Assembly: GCA_963707025.1 (NCBI GenBank) | Contig: CAVPOM010000018.1 | Location: 640,001 to 704,000, forward strand | Source: an uncultured Verrucomicrobiae bacterium | GTDB taxonomy: Bacteria > Verrucomicrobiota > Verrucomicrobiia > Limisphaerales > Palsa-1400 | Direction: 5' to 3' | Length of the DNA stretch: 64,000 bases | Part shown: positions 1-9,174 of the stretch, in pieces | Position numbering within the stretch: the first letter of the stretch is position 1 | Layout: the number at the start of each line of letters is the position of its first letter | Made by a program: the position numbers and the translations under genes | The notes under the pieces: model-generated | What the model was told of the DNA's origin: nothing | Database searches by the model: none | The model's input: only the letters and a program-made list of their open reading frames with translations

Positions 1-270
1 TGGAAGATGGCAACTGGGTTGATTTTATCCCGCCCGCGGCGATGCAATACTTGGGATGGACCGCCAATTTCCTGAGCGGGCTGGCCGCGCCGATCCTGCC
101 TTTCAAAGCCGCGGAGTTTCTGCGCAGTGTGAAGGCCGAGCTATAATGGCGACCATGAAATTTCGACGCCGATTTGGCCTTTTGTTGGGGAGCGCGGGCG
201 CCGCCGCCTGCCGTGCCCGGCGTCCCGGCGGGGGCACGTTTGAGAATCTCCGTGTCGCGCTGCTCCCGGC

Positions 271-1491
271 ATGAACCGCACCGGCATCATGCTCGTGGCG
301 GGCGACCCCAGCGGGGACGCCAATGCCGCCGACCTGGTGCGGGAGCTGGCCGTGGCGGTGCCGGCTGCCCAATTTCAAATCACCCACGACTCCCAGCCGC
401 TGACCACGCCGCTGGCCCCCGCTTTCTTTGGGGCGGGCGGCCCTAAAATGGCGGCGGCGGGCGTGGAGCTGTCCGGCGATTTGACGGCGCATGCCGTCAT
501 CGGCCTGGGCGGCTTGATCAAAAAGCTGCCCATGCTCCGGCGCCGGATGAAGGAATTGGCCGGCCTGGCCGTCGCCCGGCAGCCTGAATTGATTATTCTC
601 GTTGACTATGGCGGTTTCAATTTGCGCCTCGCCCGCGCCATCAAGGATTACGTCCGCGCCCGGACGGCCTGCTTTTTCAACTGGCAGCCGAGGATTGTGC
701 AGTTTATTTCACCCCAGGTCTGGGCGTCGCGACCCGGCCGCGCCCAGCAGATGGCCCGGAATTGCGACTTGGTTCTTTCCCTGTTTCCATTCGAGAAGCA
801 ATGGTTCGCCCGCGCGACGCCCGGGTTGCCGGTGGAATTTGTCGGCCACCCCATTTTCGACCGCTACCCGGTCCGCCGCCGGGCGGAGGTTCCCCCCGGC
901 CAGGATTCCCAACGGCCGGTCGTCCTCCTGCTGCCGGGCAGCCGCCGGGGAGAACTGCAACGGCATGTGCCGGTGATGCGGGCGGCGGCGGGCTTGATCG
1001 CGGCCAGGCAACCGGCCCAGTTCAAGATGGTTGTGCCGGACCCAACGCTGGCGGCCATGGCCGGGACTCTTTTACCCGCTGGCCAGCCCGGGATTGACCT
1101 GCAATCCGGCGGCCTGGCCGAAGCGCTCTCCTCCGCCACCCTGGCCATCACCAAGACCGGGACCATCACCCTGGAATGCGCATATTTCGGCGTGCCGGCG
1201 GTGGCCATCTACAAGACCGACTGGCTCACCTGTCTCGGCGCGCGCCGCCTGGTCAAGGTGAAATACCTGTCCATGCCCAATCTGCTGGCCGGCCAGGCCA
1301 TCTACCCCGAATTCATTCAAGGCCAGGCCACCGCCGCGAACATCGCCGCCGCCGCCTTGCCATTGCTGGCCAGCCCGGCGCGGCGCCATGAAATCCGCGC
1401 AAAACTGGACCTGGTCATTCAGTCCCTGGGCGGTCCGGGCGCCGCCCGCCGCGCCGCGGCCGCCATTGTCAAACTGATGGCACGGCGCTGA
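271..1491 (+). CDS. lpxB: Lipid-A-disaccharide synthase
   Basis: Motifs VAGDPSGD, LVDYGGFN, SPQVWASRPGR, FPFE, FVGHP, LLPGSRRGE, GTITLE, SMPNLLAG. Confidence 0.95.
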   Translation: MNRTGIMLVAGDPSGDANAADLVRELAVAVPAAQFQITHDSQPLTTPLAPAFFGAGGPKMAAAGVELSGDLTAHAVIGLGGLIKKLPMLRRRMKELAGLAVARQPELIILVDYGGFNLRLARAIKDYVRARTACFFNWQPRIVQFISPQVWASRPGRAQQMARNCDLVLSLFPFEKQWFARATPGLPVEFVGHPIFDRYPVRRRAEVPPGQDSQRPVVLLLPGSRRGELQRHVPVMRAAAGLIAARQPAQFKMVVPDPTLAAMAGTLLPAGQPGIDLQSGGLAEALSSATLAITKTGTITLECAYFGVPAVAIYKTDWLTCLGARRLVKVKYLSMPNLLAGQAIYPEFIQGQATAANIAAAALPLLASPARRHEIRAKLDLVIQSLGGPGAARRAAAAIVKLMARR

Positions 1492-1521
1492 GGTTGGATT
1501 GCCTCGTAATGCGTCAGTGAA

Positions 1522-1548
1522 GGAGTGCGCACGTCCTCGGGCGCAGCA
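1522..1548. repeat. REP-like hairpin; inverted partner of the REP disrupted by IS copy 1
   Basis: GGAGTGCGCACGTCCTCGGGCGCAGCA is the reverse complement (1 mismatch) of the reconstructed empty site TGCTGCGCCCGAGGACGGGCGCACTCC. Confidence 0.8.
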
Positions 1549-1632
1549 TCAGTCAAGGACCCGGTGGTTTCGGGATTTGTCTGGCGCGGCGGAAGTCCGG
1601 CCGTTGCTGCGCCCGAGGACGGGGAATGGCGC

Positions 1633-3120
1633 TTAAATAAGGGAAGCCTTTCTTTTGGCCCGGGCCAGACGGCGGCGTTTATTGCGGCTCCAGGGCTGGC
1701 GGTATTGATGCCGCGATTTGTTCAAATGGGGGTATTTGGATCGTTTCTTGACAGCGCGCGGCTCCGCTCTTCCCGGACGCCTGGGCACCAGATCGGTCGC
1801 CAGCCTTCGGAGCAGCCGCTGCCATAATTGGCGGCGCCGTCCCCCTTTGTTCCGGGCGTGTCCGAGTTGTGCCAGTGCCTGCGTCCATTGCCGGAAGGCG
1901 TCCAGGCTGCCTTTGAAACTGATCCGATCCAAGTCCACGTTCTGGCTTTGCGCGGCTTCGGCCATGATCCAGCGCAGGAAATTATGGGCGGTGAGGAAGA
2001 GCAGGAGTTCTTTCTCCACCATGCGGGGACAGAGGCAATGCAGGCTCTGCATGCCCAGGGTGGTTTTGAGATCGTCCAGGCACAGTTCCATGCGCCAGCG
2101 CCGGGCATAAGCGGCCGCCAGTTCCTCCGCTGGAAAAAGCGCCGCATCCAACAGGGTCGTGACCAGGGTCAGGTGGCGGGTGCGGAAGCCGGCCCGGCTC
2201 AGGCGCGCGCGCAGCACCCGCACCGTGATCTGCGGCGGCAGTCCGAGCCATTCCAGGAACGAAAGCAGGGGCGAAGGCCGGCCGGGTTTGGACCAGGTAA
2301 AGAGCGCGTCCCAGTGACCCAGGCGTTGGCGGGCCTGGCGGAAATCCACCTTGCGGTTGCGCACGGAGACCCGCGCGAGCAAATCCACGCCCAGGAGTTG
2401 GAGGACGGCGGCGATAATATAAACCCCATAGGCGCGGTCGCCCAAGAGGATGTCGCCGGGGTGCAAAGCCGAGCGCAAGCCGTGGAGAAACAGAGCCAGT
2501 TCGGAGGAGCGCAGGCTGCCGGTGGCTTTGGCCAAAAGGGCGCCGCTGGCGGCGGAGAACAGAGCCACCACGCGCAGGTGGGGAAAGCCGCCGCCGGGCT
2601 GCAGGCTTTGGCTGGGGGGAAAGGCCGCCCGATTGGCCGGGGTGTCGGGCAGGTGGGTGCCGCTGCCATCGACCGCTTTCAACGGGCGGCCCTGTAGCAG
2701 CGTACTGGCCGGGGCGCGCTTTTCGGCGCTGTCGGCGCTGGCCGCGAAGGCTTGCTCCAGCAAGGCCAGGGGGAGTTTGGCGCGGGCCTGGCAATAGGCG
2801 CTGCTGTCCGGCTCCGGTTCCGGGCCTTGGACCAAGGCCAGCAGGGCCTGCACCTGAAGGACGACGTGGCGGCAGGAAGTGTTGGCTTGGAAGACTGGCC
2901 AGACCCAGCACCACCAGGTGCGAACCAGAGTGTAAACCTGCTCGCGGGAGTAGTCGCCGGCGGCCGGTTTTCGCAGGAGGTCGGTGGGCAAGGCGGGAGC
3001 CAGGCGGTCCTCGATCTGACTCAAGGTGGCGTGACGGAGGCGCGCCAGGCTGTGGGCACAGCGGCGGCCCGCCGCCGCCAGACGGGGCCGCCAGGCCGGG
3101 AAGAAGGGGGTGTCGGGCAT
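1633..3120 (-). CDS. IS4-family DDE transposase
   Basis: AVDGS, LLGDRAY and YARRWRMELCLDDLK (YREK-type) motifs, SAYCQARAKLP; stop codon lies inside the TIR; start at 3120 (MPDTPFF) is inferred. Confidence 0.93.
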   Translation of the reverse strand: MPDTPFFPAWRPRLAAAGRRCAHSLARLRHATLSQIEDRLAPALPTDLLRKPAAGDYSREQVYTLVRTWWCWVWPVFQANTSCRHVVLQVQALLALVQGPEPEPDSSAYCQARAKLPLALLEQAFAASADSAEKRAPASTLLQGRPLKAVDGSGTHLPDTPANRAAFPPSQSLQPGGGFPHLRVVALFSAASGALLAKATGSLRSSELALFLHGLRSALHPGDILLGDRAYGVYIIAAVLQLLGVDLLARVSVRNRKVDFRQARQRLGHWDALFTWSKPGRPSPLLSFLEWLGLPPQITVRVLRARLSRAGFRTRHLTLVTTLLDAALFPAEELAAAYARRWRMELCLDDLKTTLGMQSLHCLCPRMVEKELLLFLTAHNFLRWIMAEAAQSQNVDLDRISFKGSLDAFRQWTQALAQLGHARNKGGRRRQLWQRLLRRLATDLVPRRPGRAEPRAVKKRSKYPHLNKSRHQYRQPWSRNKRRRLARAKRKASLI

Positions 3121-3144
3121 AAGGCGGTATATATACCGCCTTAT
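3119..3144. promoter_or_regulatory. 26-bp perfect palindrome between the two divergent IS genes
   Basis: ATAAGGCGGTATATATACCGCCTTAT overlaps the transposase ATG; same sequence at 32892-32917. Confidence 0.75.
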
Positions 3145-3169
3145 TGACACGTCTGCTACTCTTTTCTTT

Positions 3170-3517
3170 ATGCCGACTCACAAAACAACCCGGCCAGCCC
3201 AATGGCAGGCCCAATACGCCCAATTACGCGACCGGCTGGCCAGAACCGGCTGGATCAGCGAGGGCTACGTGCAAGACCGCGGCCCCGGAGCAGGCGGCCC
3301 TTGTTATCAGTGGACCCGCAAGGTCAAAGGCAAAACGGTCAGTGTCGCTCTCTCCAAAGAACAATATGAGTGGCTCCATGACGCCATTGCCGAGTGGCGG
3401 GAGGTGCAAGCCACCATCAAAGCCATGCAACGCTTGAGCCGTCAGGTCTTGTTTGAAACCATCCCGCATCCCCCGCGTCGTAAGAGGCTGGGTAAGAAAG
3501 TTTTAGGTCTTATTTAA
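3170..3517 (+). CDS. IS passenger protein (DUF6788-like)
   Basis: 115 aa with YQWTRKVKGKTVSVALSKEQY; lies inside the IS; stop codon in the other TIR. Confidence 0.75.
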   Translation: MPTHKTTRPAQWQAQYAQLRDRLARTGWISEGYVQDRGPGAGGPCYQWTRKVKGKTVSVALSKEQYEWLHDAIAEWREVQATIKAMQRLSRQVLFETIPHPPRRKRLGKKVLGLI

Positions 3518-3816
3518 GCGCCATTCCCCGAGGACGGGCGCACTCCGACACTGTCCTTGCCGTCACCGGCCCATTGCTGGCTGCCACAATCCCCTTGATT
3601 TTTTCGGGCTCCAGATGAATAGTGGTGAGTGTCGTAGCGTCAAATAAAAACAGCCGGTCGCTTTGAGGTGATGGGCGAACGAAAGTCGCAGCGTCCATTC
3701 CTGGTTCAACTCAAGCAGGCGCGTTTGTTGATGGCAGCGTCCGGCCGGGGTTCCCAGGCGCAATCAGGCGGGTGTCCTGTTGGCGCAGACATTCAAAAAC
3801 TGAGAGTTGACAAACT

Positions 3817-4059
3817 ATGAGAACAACCTCTTTGCTGATCGGCACGTTTCTAACCATCCTGACCGGCGGATGCATGACTGACACTTACGGCCCCGCATCG
3901 CCCGACTTTTATCCCGGCTGCTCGCCGCCCTTCGCTTGGAATTCCAGGCCGGGCCTGCCCGCGCATGGCATCGTCACCGCCGCGCGCTCCTTGCCGGCCG
4001 CCCCCTCCCGGCCCCCGCCGCCAAGGTGGCCTCCAAACCGGAGGCGGTGCCGGAGTTGA
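3817..4059 (+). CDS. Possible small lipoprotein
   Basis: Signal-like N-terminus MRTTSLLIGTFLTILTGGC; the Pro-rich C-terminus may be frameshifted. Confidence 0.35.
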   Translation: MRTTSLLIGTFLTILTGGCMTDTYGPASPDFYPGCSPPFAWNSRPGLPAHGIVTAARSLPAAPSRPPPPRWPPNRRRCRS

Positions 4060-4074
4060 CACGGAGTTGACAGG

Positions 4075-4959
4075 TCAAGTTTGACGGAATTGCTCGACGA
4101 GGGCGGAGACGTCCTTGTCCCCGTTGCCGGCGGCGAGGGACTTCTCATAGAGGCTCAAAGCGGCGGCGGCGGTGGCCAAATCCATTTTGACGCGGGCGGC
4201 CTCCTGCCGGGCGTAGCCAAGGTCCTTGGCCATGAGGCGCAGTTTGAACAACGGGGTGTAGTCGCGCGCGGTCATCCGGGCGGAAAAGATCTTGAGCAGC
4301 GGGCTGCCGGGAGCGCCGGCGGTGAGAACTTCCAGGGCTTGGCCGCGATCCAGGCCGCTCCGCTCCATCAGGCCCAGCGCCTCGGCCAGCGAGGCCGCCT
4401 GGACGCCGCAGAGGAAGTTGTTGATGAGTTTGAGGAGCGCGCCGCTGCCGGCAGGGCCAACATGAACCAAGGCGCGGCTCATGACCGCAAGCGCCGGGCG
4501 GGCTTTTTCAACCGTGGAGGCGGCGCCGCCCACCAGGAATACCAGTTCTCCGGAGGCGGCCTGGGGTTTGCTGCCCGTCACGGGGGCGTCCAGCATTTCG
4601 CAGCCGCGCGCCGCGGCCCCGGCGGCCAGTTCCCGAATCCAGGCGACGGTCAGAGTGCTGCATTCCACGAGAACCGCGCCGGGGCTGGCGGCGGCCAGCG
4701 CGCCATTTTCCCCCAGCCAAAGGGCGCGCGAAGCGGCGTCGTCGGCCACCATGCTGAAGATGAAAGCGGCGTCGGCCGCGGCTTGGCGCGGGGTGGCAGC
4801 CACGCGCGCGCCCCCGGCGGCGAAGGGCGCCGTTTTGGCCTGGTCGCGGTTAAATACGGTGAGCGGAAAGCCGGCGCCGAGCAGCCGCCGGGCCATGCCC
4901 GCGCCCATCAGCCCAAGGCCGAGAAAGGCGATGCGGGGTTTGGGATCGTTGGAGTTCAT
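4075..4959 (-). CDS. NAD(P)-dependent beta-hydroxyacid dehydrogenase (3-hydroxyisobutyrate dehydrogenase family)
   Basis: IAFLGLGLMG, LDAPVTGS, LKLINN, FKLRLMAKDL. Confidence 0.9.
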   Translation of the reverse strand: MNSNDPKPRIAFLGLGLMGAGMARRLLGAGFPLTVFNRDQAKTAPFAAGGARVAATPRQAAADAAFIFSMVADDAASRALWLGENGALAAASPGAVLVECSTLTVAWIRELAAGAAARGCEMLDAPVTGSKPQAASGELVFLVGGAASTVEKARPALAVMSRALVHVGPAGSGALLKLINNFLCGVQAASLAEALGLMERSGLDRGQALEVLTAGAPGSPLLKIFSARMTARDYTPLFKLRLMAKDLGYARQEAARVKMDLATAAAALSLYEKSLAAGNGDKDVSALVEQFRQT

Positions 4960-4978
4960 GCGATTGATGCAACAGTTA

Positions 4979-6581
4979 TTATAAGATGCGCTCCGGTTTT
5001 TGCCCGGAAAGTTCCTTGATTTCATCGGCCAGGCGGCTGGCCTGCATTTCCAATTCGGCGCATTCCTTTTCCAGCATCTTTTCCCTCTCCGCCGCAAGAT
5101 CATCCAACACGCCCGGCTTTTGCTCGCTGATTCGGCACAACTCGTAGTCGGGACTCTCGCGCAATTGGTTGAGCGATTCCAGGACGGCGATGATTTCCAG
5201 TTGCAAGGTCTCATGCAGGCGGCGCAACTGGGCCAGTTCGACTTCGTCGCTGAAATCCAGGCTCTCCCAGCCCTGGCGCAGGATGAAGCCGTGCGGGTCT
5301 TGGGCGATCTCGCGCAGGGTTTTGATGTCGCCGGCTTCCTTGGCCCGATTGATGGCGCTGGTCAGCTTGTGGTAAGTTTCCAGCTTGTCCGGCTCGTGGG
5401 CGAAACGGTCGGGGTGGTAGAGTTTGACCAGTTTCTTCCAGAGTTTTTTCAATTCCGCCTCCTCCCCGGCCGTCAACTGCACTTTCCCGGCCACGGCCGC
5501 CGCCGTTTCCTCGTAATCCTTGTCGGCCTGGGCCCTGGCTTGCTGGTAATTCTGCTCCGCCTCTTTTGCCTCCTCATCGCCGCCGCGCACCAGTGATTCC
5601 AGAAACTTCTGCCGATACTCCACGACCAGCCGCAGCCGGTCGCGTTTCTGGTATTGCGCGCGCAAGCGACGGAAGAGAATCGCCTGGATGGCGTCCACGC
5701 GCGATTTTTCCCTGGTGTAATCGGTTTCCAATTCCGCCAGGCGCGCCCGTTCGCTGGCGACCAACTCCCGGAGTTGGGCCAACTCTGGATTGACGTAGAT
5801 CACCAGCGCGGCGAACAGGGCGCCGTCCGGCGGCGGCGCTGTTTTGATTTCCAACTGGCGCAAATACCACCGGCCCATTTTCGCGCTGCGCGCATTGGAA
5901 GAACTGGCCAGCCATTCCAGCCAGGCCCGCAATTCGGCGTCCTTGCGGGCTTCTTGAAACAAGCGCCCCTTGTGTTTGCCAAAGGCGAGGCGCGACGGAT
6001 ACCATTCCTCCGCCGCGCAGGCGGCCAGCTTTTCCCAACTGTCCAGGCCGCGATGCCCGGCAATGGGGCGAAGCACTTGCGCGAACAAATCCGCCACCGT
6101 GGCCACCTGGCCCAGCGCGGTGGGCGCGCCGCGTTCCGGCAGGCGATAATACTGGCGCAAAGTTTGCAGCTTGCAATTGCCGGCGGGCACGGGGTCCAGC
6201 AGACGTTGCGCCAGGCGCAACGCGCAGAAGCCGCGCGGCGCCGATGGGCGCCAGGCCCAGCCGCCGCCACTCCGGTTTCAACACCTCATCCAGATCGTAT
6301 TCCAGATTGAAGGAGACCAGCGGCAGATGGCCCGCGTATTCCGCAAATTCCCGATAGACTTGCACCGGCGGTTCGCCGTCCCGCTCCAGAATTTCGCGGG
6401 TGTAACCGTGGAGGCAGGATGCTTCCATTGGAATGTCCGCGTTTTGATTGAGCAGTTTGCGAAACGGTTCGCCGTCGGCCGTCCAACCGCGCATGCGTTG
6501 CGCGGCCAGCTCGACCACAAAAATCGGCGCGGCCAGGCCGGTCGTTTCCGTGTCGAGAAGAATCCAATCCTTGTTGTTCAT
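4979..6581 (-). CDS. DEDDh 3'-5' exonuclease fused to a coiled coil and J-domain (frameshift near 6240)
   Basis: LDTETTGL and FNLEYD in the first frame; FGKHKG and KLVKLYHPDRF in the second; the two frames join near 6240. Confidence 0.8.
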
Positions 6582-6653
6582 TCTGGTCCTGACCTCAGCC
6601 GCGGCGTTTGCGCCCGCGGTCGGGGCGCTCCCCTTCCTGTAACTGGTTTCCGG

Positions 6654-6752
6654 TCATGGCAGGCCGGCCGGAACGCGCCCCGCCCCCGGCTCCGCTTTTT
6701 CCAGCGCCAGCGGCGGTGCGGGCGCCCATGCCAATTTGTCCGTCTCGTTCAT
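6654..6752 (-). pseudogene. Degenerate copy of the N-terminal leader of the upstream LRR gene
   Basis: MNETDKLAWAPAPPLALEKAEPGAGRVPAG versus MNEADKFALVPRPPGGLEKAEAGAKRVLAG; DNA similar to 7561-7646. Confidence 0.7.
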
Positions 6753-6757
6753 GCTGC

Positions 6758-7645
6758 TCAAAAATGCTGGTCGGGCCGTTGGATCAAACGAGTTTTCCCC
6801 TTGTCGAACTTCAATTTCTTCAAATGATGCAACGGGGTGATGTCCAAAACCTCGATGCGGTCCCAGCCGTAAACGCCCGCGGTGTTTTCGCCGCAATCCA
6901 GCACTTCCAGAGCCGGCACGCCGGATAAATCCAGGTGCCGCAACTCGTTTTGACCGCATTCGAGCACTTGCAGGGCCGGGAGATTTGACAGATCCAGCTC
7001 GGCCAGTTGATTGTTGCGCGCCAGGATTTCCTCAAGGTCTTTGCAGCCCTGCAAATTAAGGCGGGTCAAAACATTCGATTCGCAATACAGCTTCTTTATT
7101 TTCGGCGTGCCGCTGAGGTCCAATTCCCTCAGGTTTTGCTGCGAAACGGCCAGCACCTCCAATTCCGACAAACCTTGCAGATGGATCTCCGAGACTTCGC
7201 AGTCCATGGGCGTGACGCCAGGCGGGGAATTCTTAAACGTGCTGACGATGCCAATGGTCCGGCCGCCGCCGCAGAGGTGGAACACTCTGATTCCCAGTCC
7301 TGTGACGAAGCGCATTCTCCGAATCAGCATCGAACCTTCGTCCCATTTGACCTCGAGGAGGCGTCCGTCGGCAAAGGAAGATTTCATTTCGACCAGCCGC
7401 TGGATGATCGCTTCCGGCCGCTTGCCGGTTTGTTCCGCCCACATCAAAATCTGCCGGTAATCCGGCTCGCGCCATGCGTATGCGCCGAGGCGAAATCCAA
7501 CCGAAGGAGCCCCGGCTTTTGCCTGCGGGGCCAGCGCGAGTGTGTCCGCGACCATGCCGGCCAGAACGCGCTTCGCGCCCGCCTCCGCTTTTTCCAGCCC
7601 GCCCGGCGGTCTCGGCACTAATGCAAATTTGTCGGCCTCGTTCAT
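6758..7645 (-). CDS. Leucine-rich repeat protein
   Basis: Repeats of LxxLxxxxNxLxxLDLS (LEVLAVSQQNLRELDLS, LQVLECGQNELRHLDLS). Confidence 0.85.
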   Translation of the reverse strand: MNEADKFALVPRPPGGLEKAEAGAKRVLAGMVADTLALAPQAKAGAPSVGFRLGAYAWREPDYRQILMWAEQTGKRPEAIIQRLVEMKSSFADGRLLEVKWDEGSMLIRRMRFVTGLGIRVFHLCGGGRTIGIVSTFKNSPPGVTPMDCEVSEIHLQGLSELEVLAVSQQNLRELDLSGTPKIKKLYCESNVLTRLNLQGCKDLEEILARNNQLAELDLSNLPALQVLECGQNELRHLDLSGVPALEVLDCGENTAGVYGWDRIEVLDITPLHHLKKLKFDKGKTRLIQRPDQHF

Positions 7646-7961
7646 GGCAAGTGTCAGCTCTGCCGCCGGTCCTGACGCCGGCTCGCGAAGTGCCTGCTCG
7701 TGTCGTCCGATCATGGGGCCGGCGGAATGAAGTCCAGTGGAGACCGAAACATCCTGGGACTTGCCTCGGAAAGCGGCGCCCGAAACGCCGGACACAAATT
7801 GACCCGCGGGGCCTCTCCAGCAGAAGCGCCATGATGCCGCGCCTTCACGCCATGCGGCCAAAGTTCATGGCGCTCCGCGCCGGTTAACTTTCTGTGCAAG
7901 GACGGGAAGATAAAGCAAGGATCGTCTGCCGTTTTAAAGCGGGTCACATGAGCAGGGTTCA

Positions 7962-7987
7962 TAATTAAACTGTTTAATTAATATAAT
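7962..7987. promoter_or_regulatory. AT-rich operator-like palindrome with adjacent TATAAT
   Basis: TAATTAAAC-T-GTTTAATTA at 7962-7980; TATAAT at 7982-7987. Confidence 0.5.
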
Positions 7988-8169
7988 GCCTGATCCATCA
8001 CTTTGGCAACCCGGCAATTTGGCCTGTCCGGCGGCTGGGCGACGATGCCGGCGTCAATCCTCACTTTGCAAACTCTCCCGACCCTGGCGCGCTGGAGAGG
8101 CGAGGTGAAAGCCGCCGCCCGTCCGTCAAGGGCCGGGAAAGGCGACGCGGGGTTTGGCGTCGTGGCGGT

Positions 8170-9174
8170 TCAGGCCAGGGGTTGAACGGTGATTGGGGCA
8201 GTCTCGGCGGGCGCGACGCGCAAGGGGTTGCGCAGGGCGCGGCCAAAGCCGGTCCATTCCACGACCATCACGTCGCCGTCCGCCAATGCCACGCCGTCGC
8301 CGAAGCTCAGGCAAACCGCGCCGAAATAATGGACATGCACATCGCCGGGCCGGCGGTGCCCTTCAAATTTGAAGTGGTGATGTTCCAGGTTGGCCAGGCT
8401 GTGGCACATCTCGGCCTCGCCGGTGGCGATTTCCCGGGTCCACAAGACCTGGCCGGCGCGCTCGATGGAGACGGCGCCGGGCACGGATTGGAAAGGCGCG
8501 TCAATCGTAATTTCAGGGCCGATGGAGCAGGTGCGCAGTTTGGAGCCGGCCAGGTTGAGGTAGTTGGTCTTCTCAAATTTGTGGTCGGAGAATTCGTTGC
8601 CCGGCGCCAGGCCGACGCGGCGCGGATGGCCGTCGTCCCCGATGAGGTAGAGGCCGGCCATCTCGGCTTCTTCGCCCCCGTCCCCGGCATAAGAGGGGAC
8701 GAGCAACGGCTCGTTGGGGCCGCGCAGCAGGTGGCCCGTGCCCTTGTAAAACCATTCCGGCGCGGCCCCGATTTGTCCGGGCGCAGGCCGCCCGCCCTCG
8801 ACGCCCCAGCGAAACATTTTCATGCTGTCGGTTTCTTCGGCCTGGCTGGAGCCGTGCATGGCCTGGCGGTTTTTGGCGCTGCCCAGATGAGTCAGGCCGG
8901 TGCCGGAAACCAGGCAGCGGGCCGCTTCGCCGGGATGATCCATCGGCGCGAGGAGCCGCCAGTCCGAACGCCCCGCGTAGATGGCGTCGTAGTTGAGCAG
9001 TTCGCCGATGGCGTGGCGGCGGACCAGCGCGGTCAAGGGGGTGCCGGTGCTGGCGGCCAGTTTGGCCAGGGCATAGACCGACAGGATATCCGGCAGCACG
9101 CGCAGATGCGGTTCTTCCACCAGCGCGACGCAGCGCAGCGGGCCGTTTTGCAATTGAACCAGGCGCGTGCTCAT
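8170..9174 (-). CDS. araD1: FAH-superfamily 2-keto-3-deoxy-pentonate dehydratase (AraD1-like)
   Basis: VSGTGLTHLGSA, PEWFYKG, DGGEEAE, GNEFSDH, GDVHVHYFG. Confidence 0.85.
   Translation of the reverse strand: MSTRLVQLQNGPLRCVALVEEPHLRVLPDILSVYALAKLAASTGTPLTALVRRHAIGELLNYDAIYAGRSDWRLLAPMDHPGEAARCLVSGTGLTHLGSAKNRQAMHGSSQAEETDSMKMFRWGVEGGRPAPGQIGAAPEWFYKGTGHLLRGPNEPLLVPSYAGDGGEEAEMAGLYLIGDDGHPRRVGLAPGNEFSDHKFEKTNYLNLAGSKLRTCSIGPEITIDAPFQSVPGAVSIERAGQVLWTREIATGEAEMCHSLANLEHHHFKFEGHRRPGDVHVHYFGAVCLSFGDGVALADGDVMVVEWTGFGRALRNPLRVAPAETAPITVQPLA

Larger units (their letters stand above)
1624..3526 (-). mobile_element. IS4-family insertion sequence, copy 1 (1903 bp)
   Basis: 18-bp terminal inverted repeats GAATGGCGCTTAAATAAG / CTTATTTAAGCGCCATTC; 12-bp target duplication CCCGAGGACGGG at 1612-1623 and 3527-3538. 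Confidence 0.95.

Noticed and set aside
1982..3223. 413-aa alternative ORF inside the IS (also 32813-34054)
   Set aside because: Pro/Arg/Gly-rich shadow frame of the transposase with no motifs.
3540..3810. Short ORFs beside IS copy 1
   Set aside because: No recognisable motifs or start signals, and one runs into the IS end.
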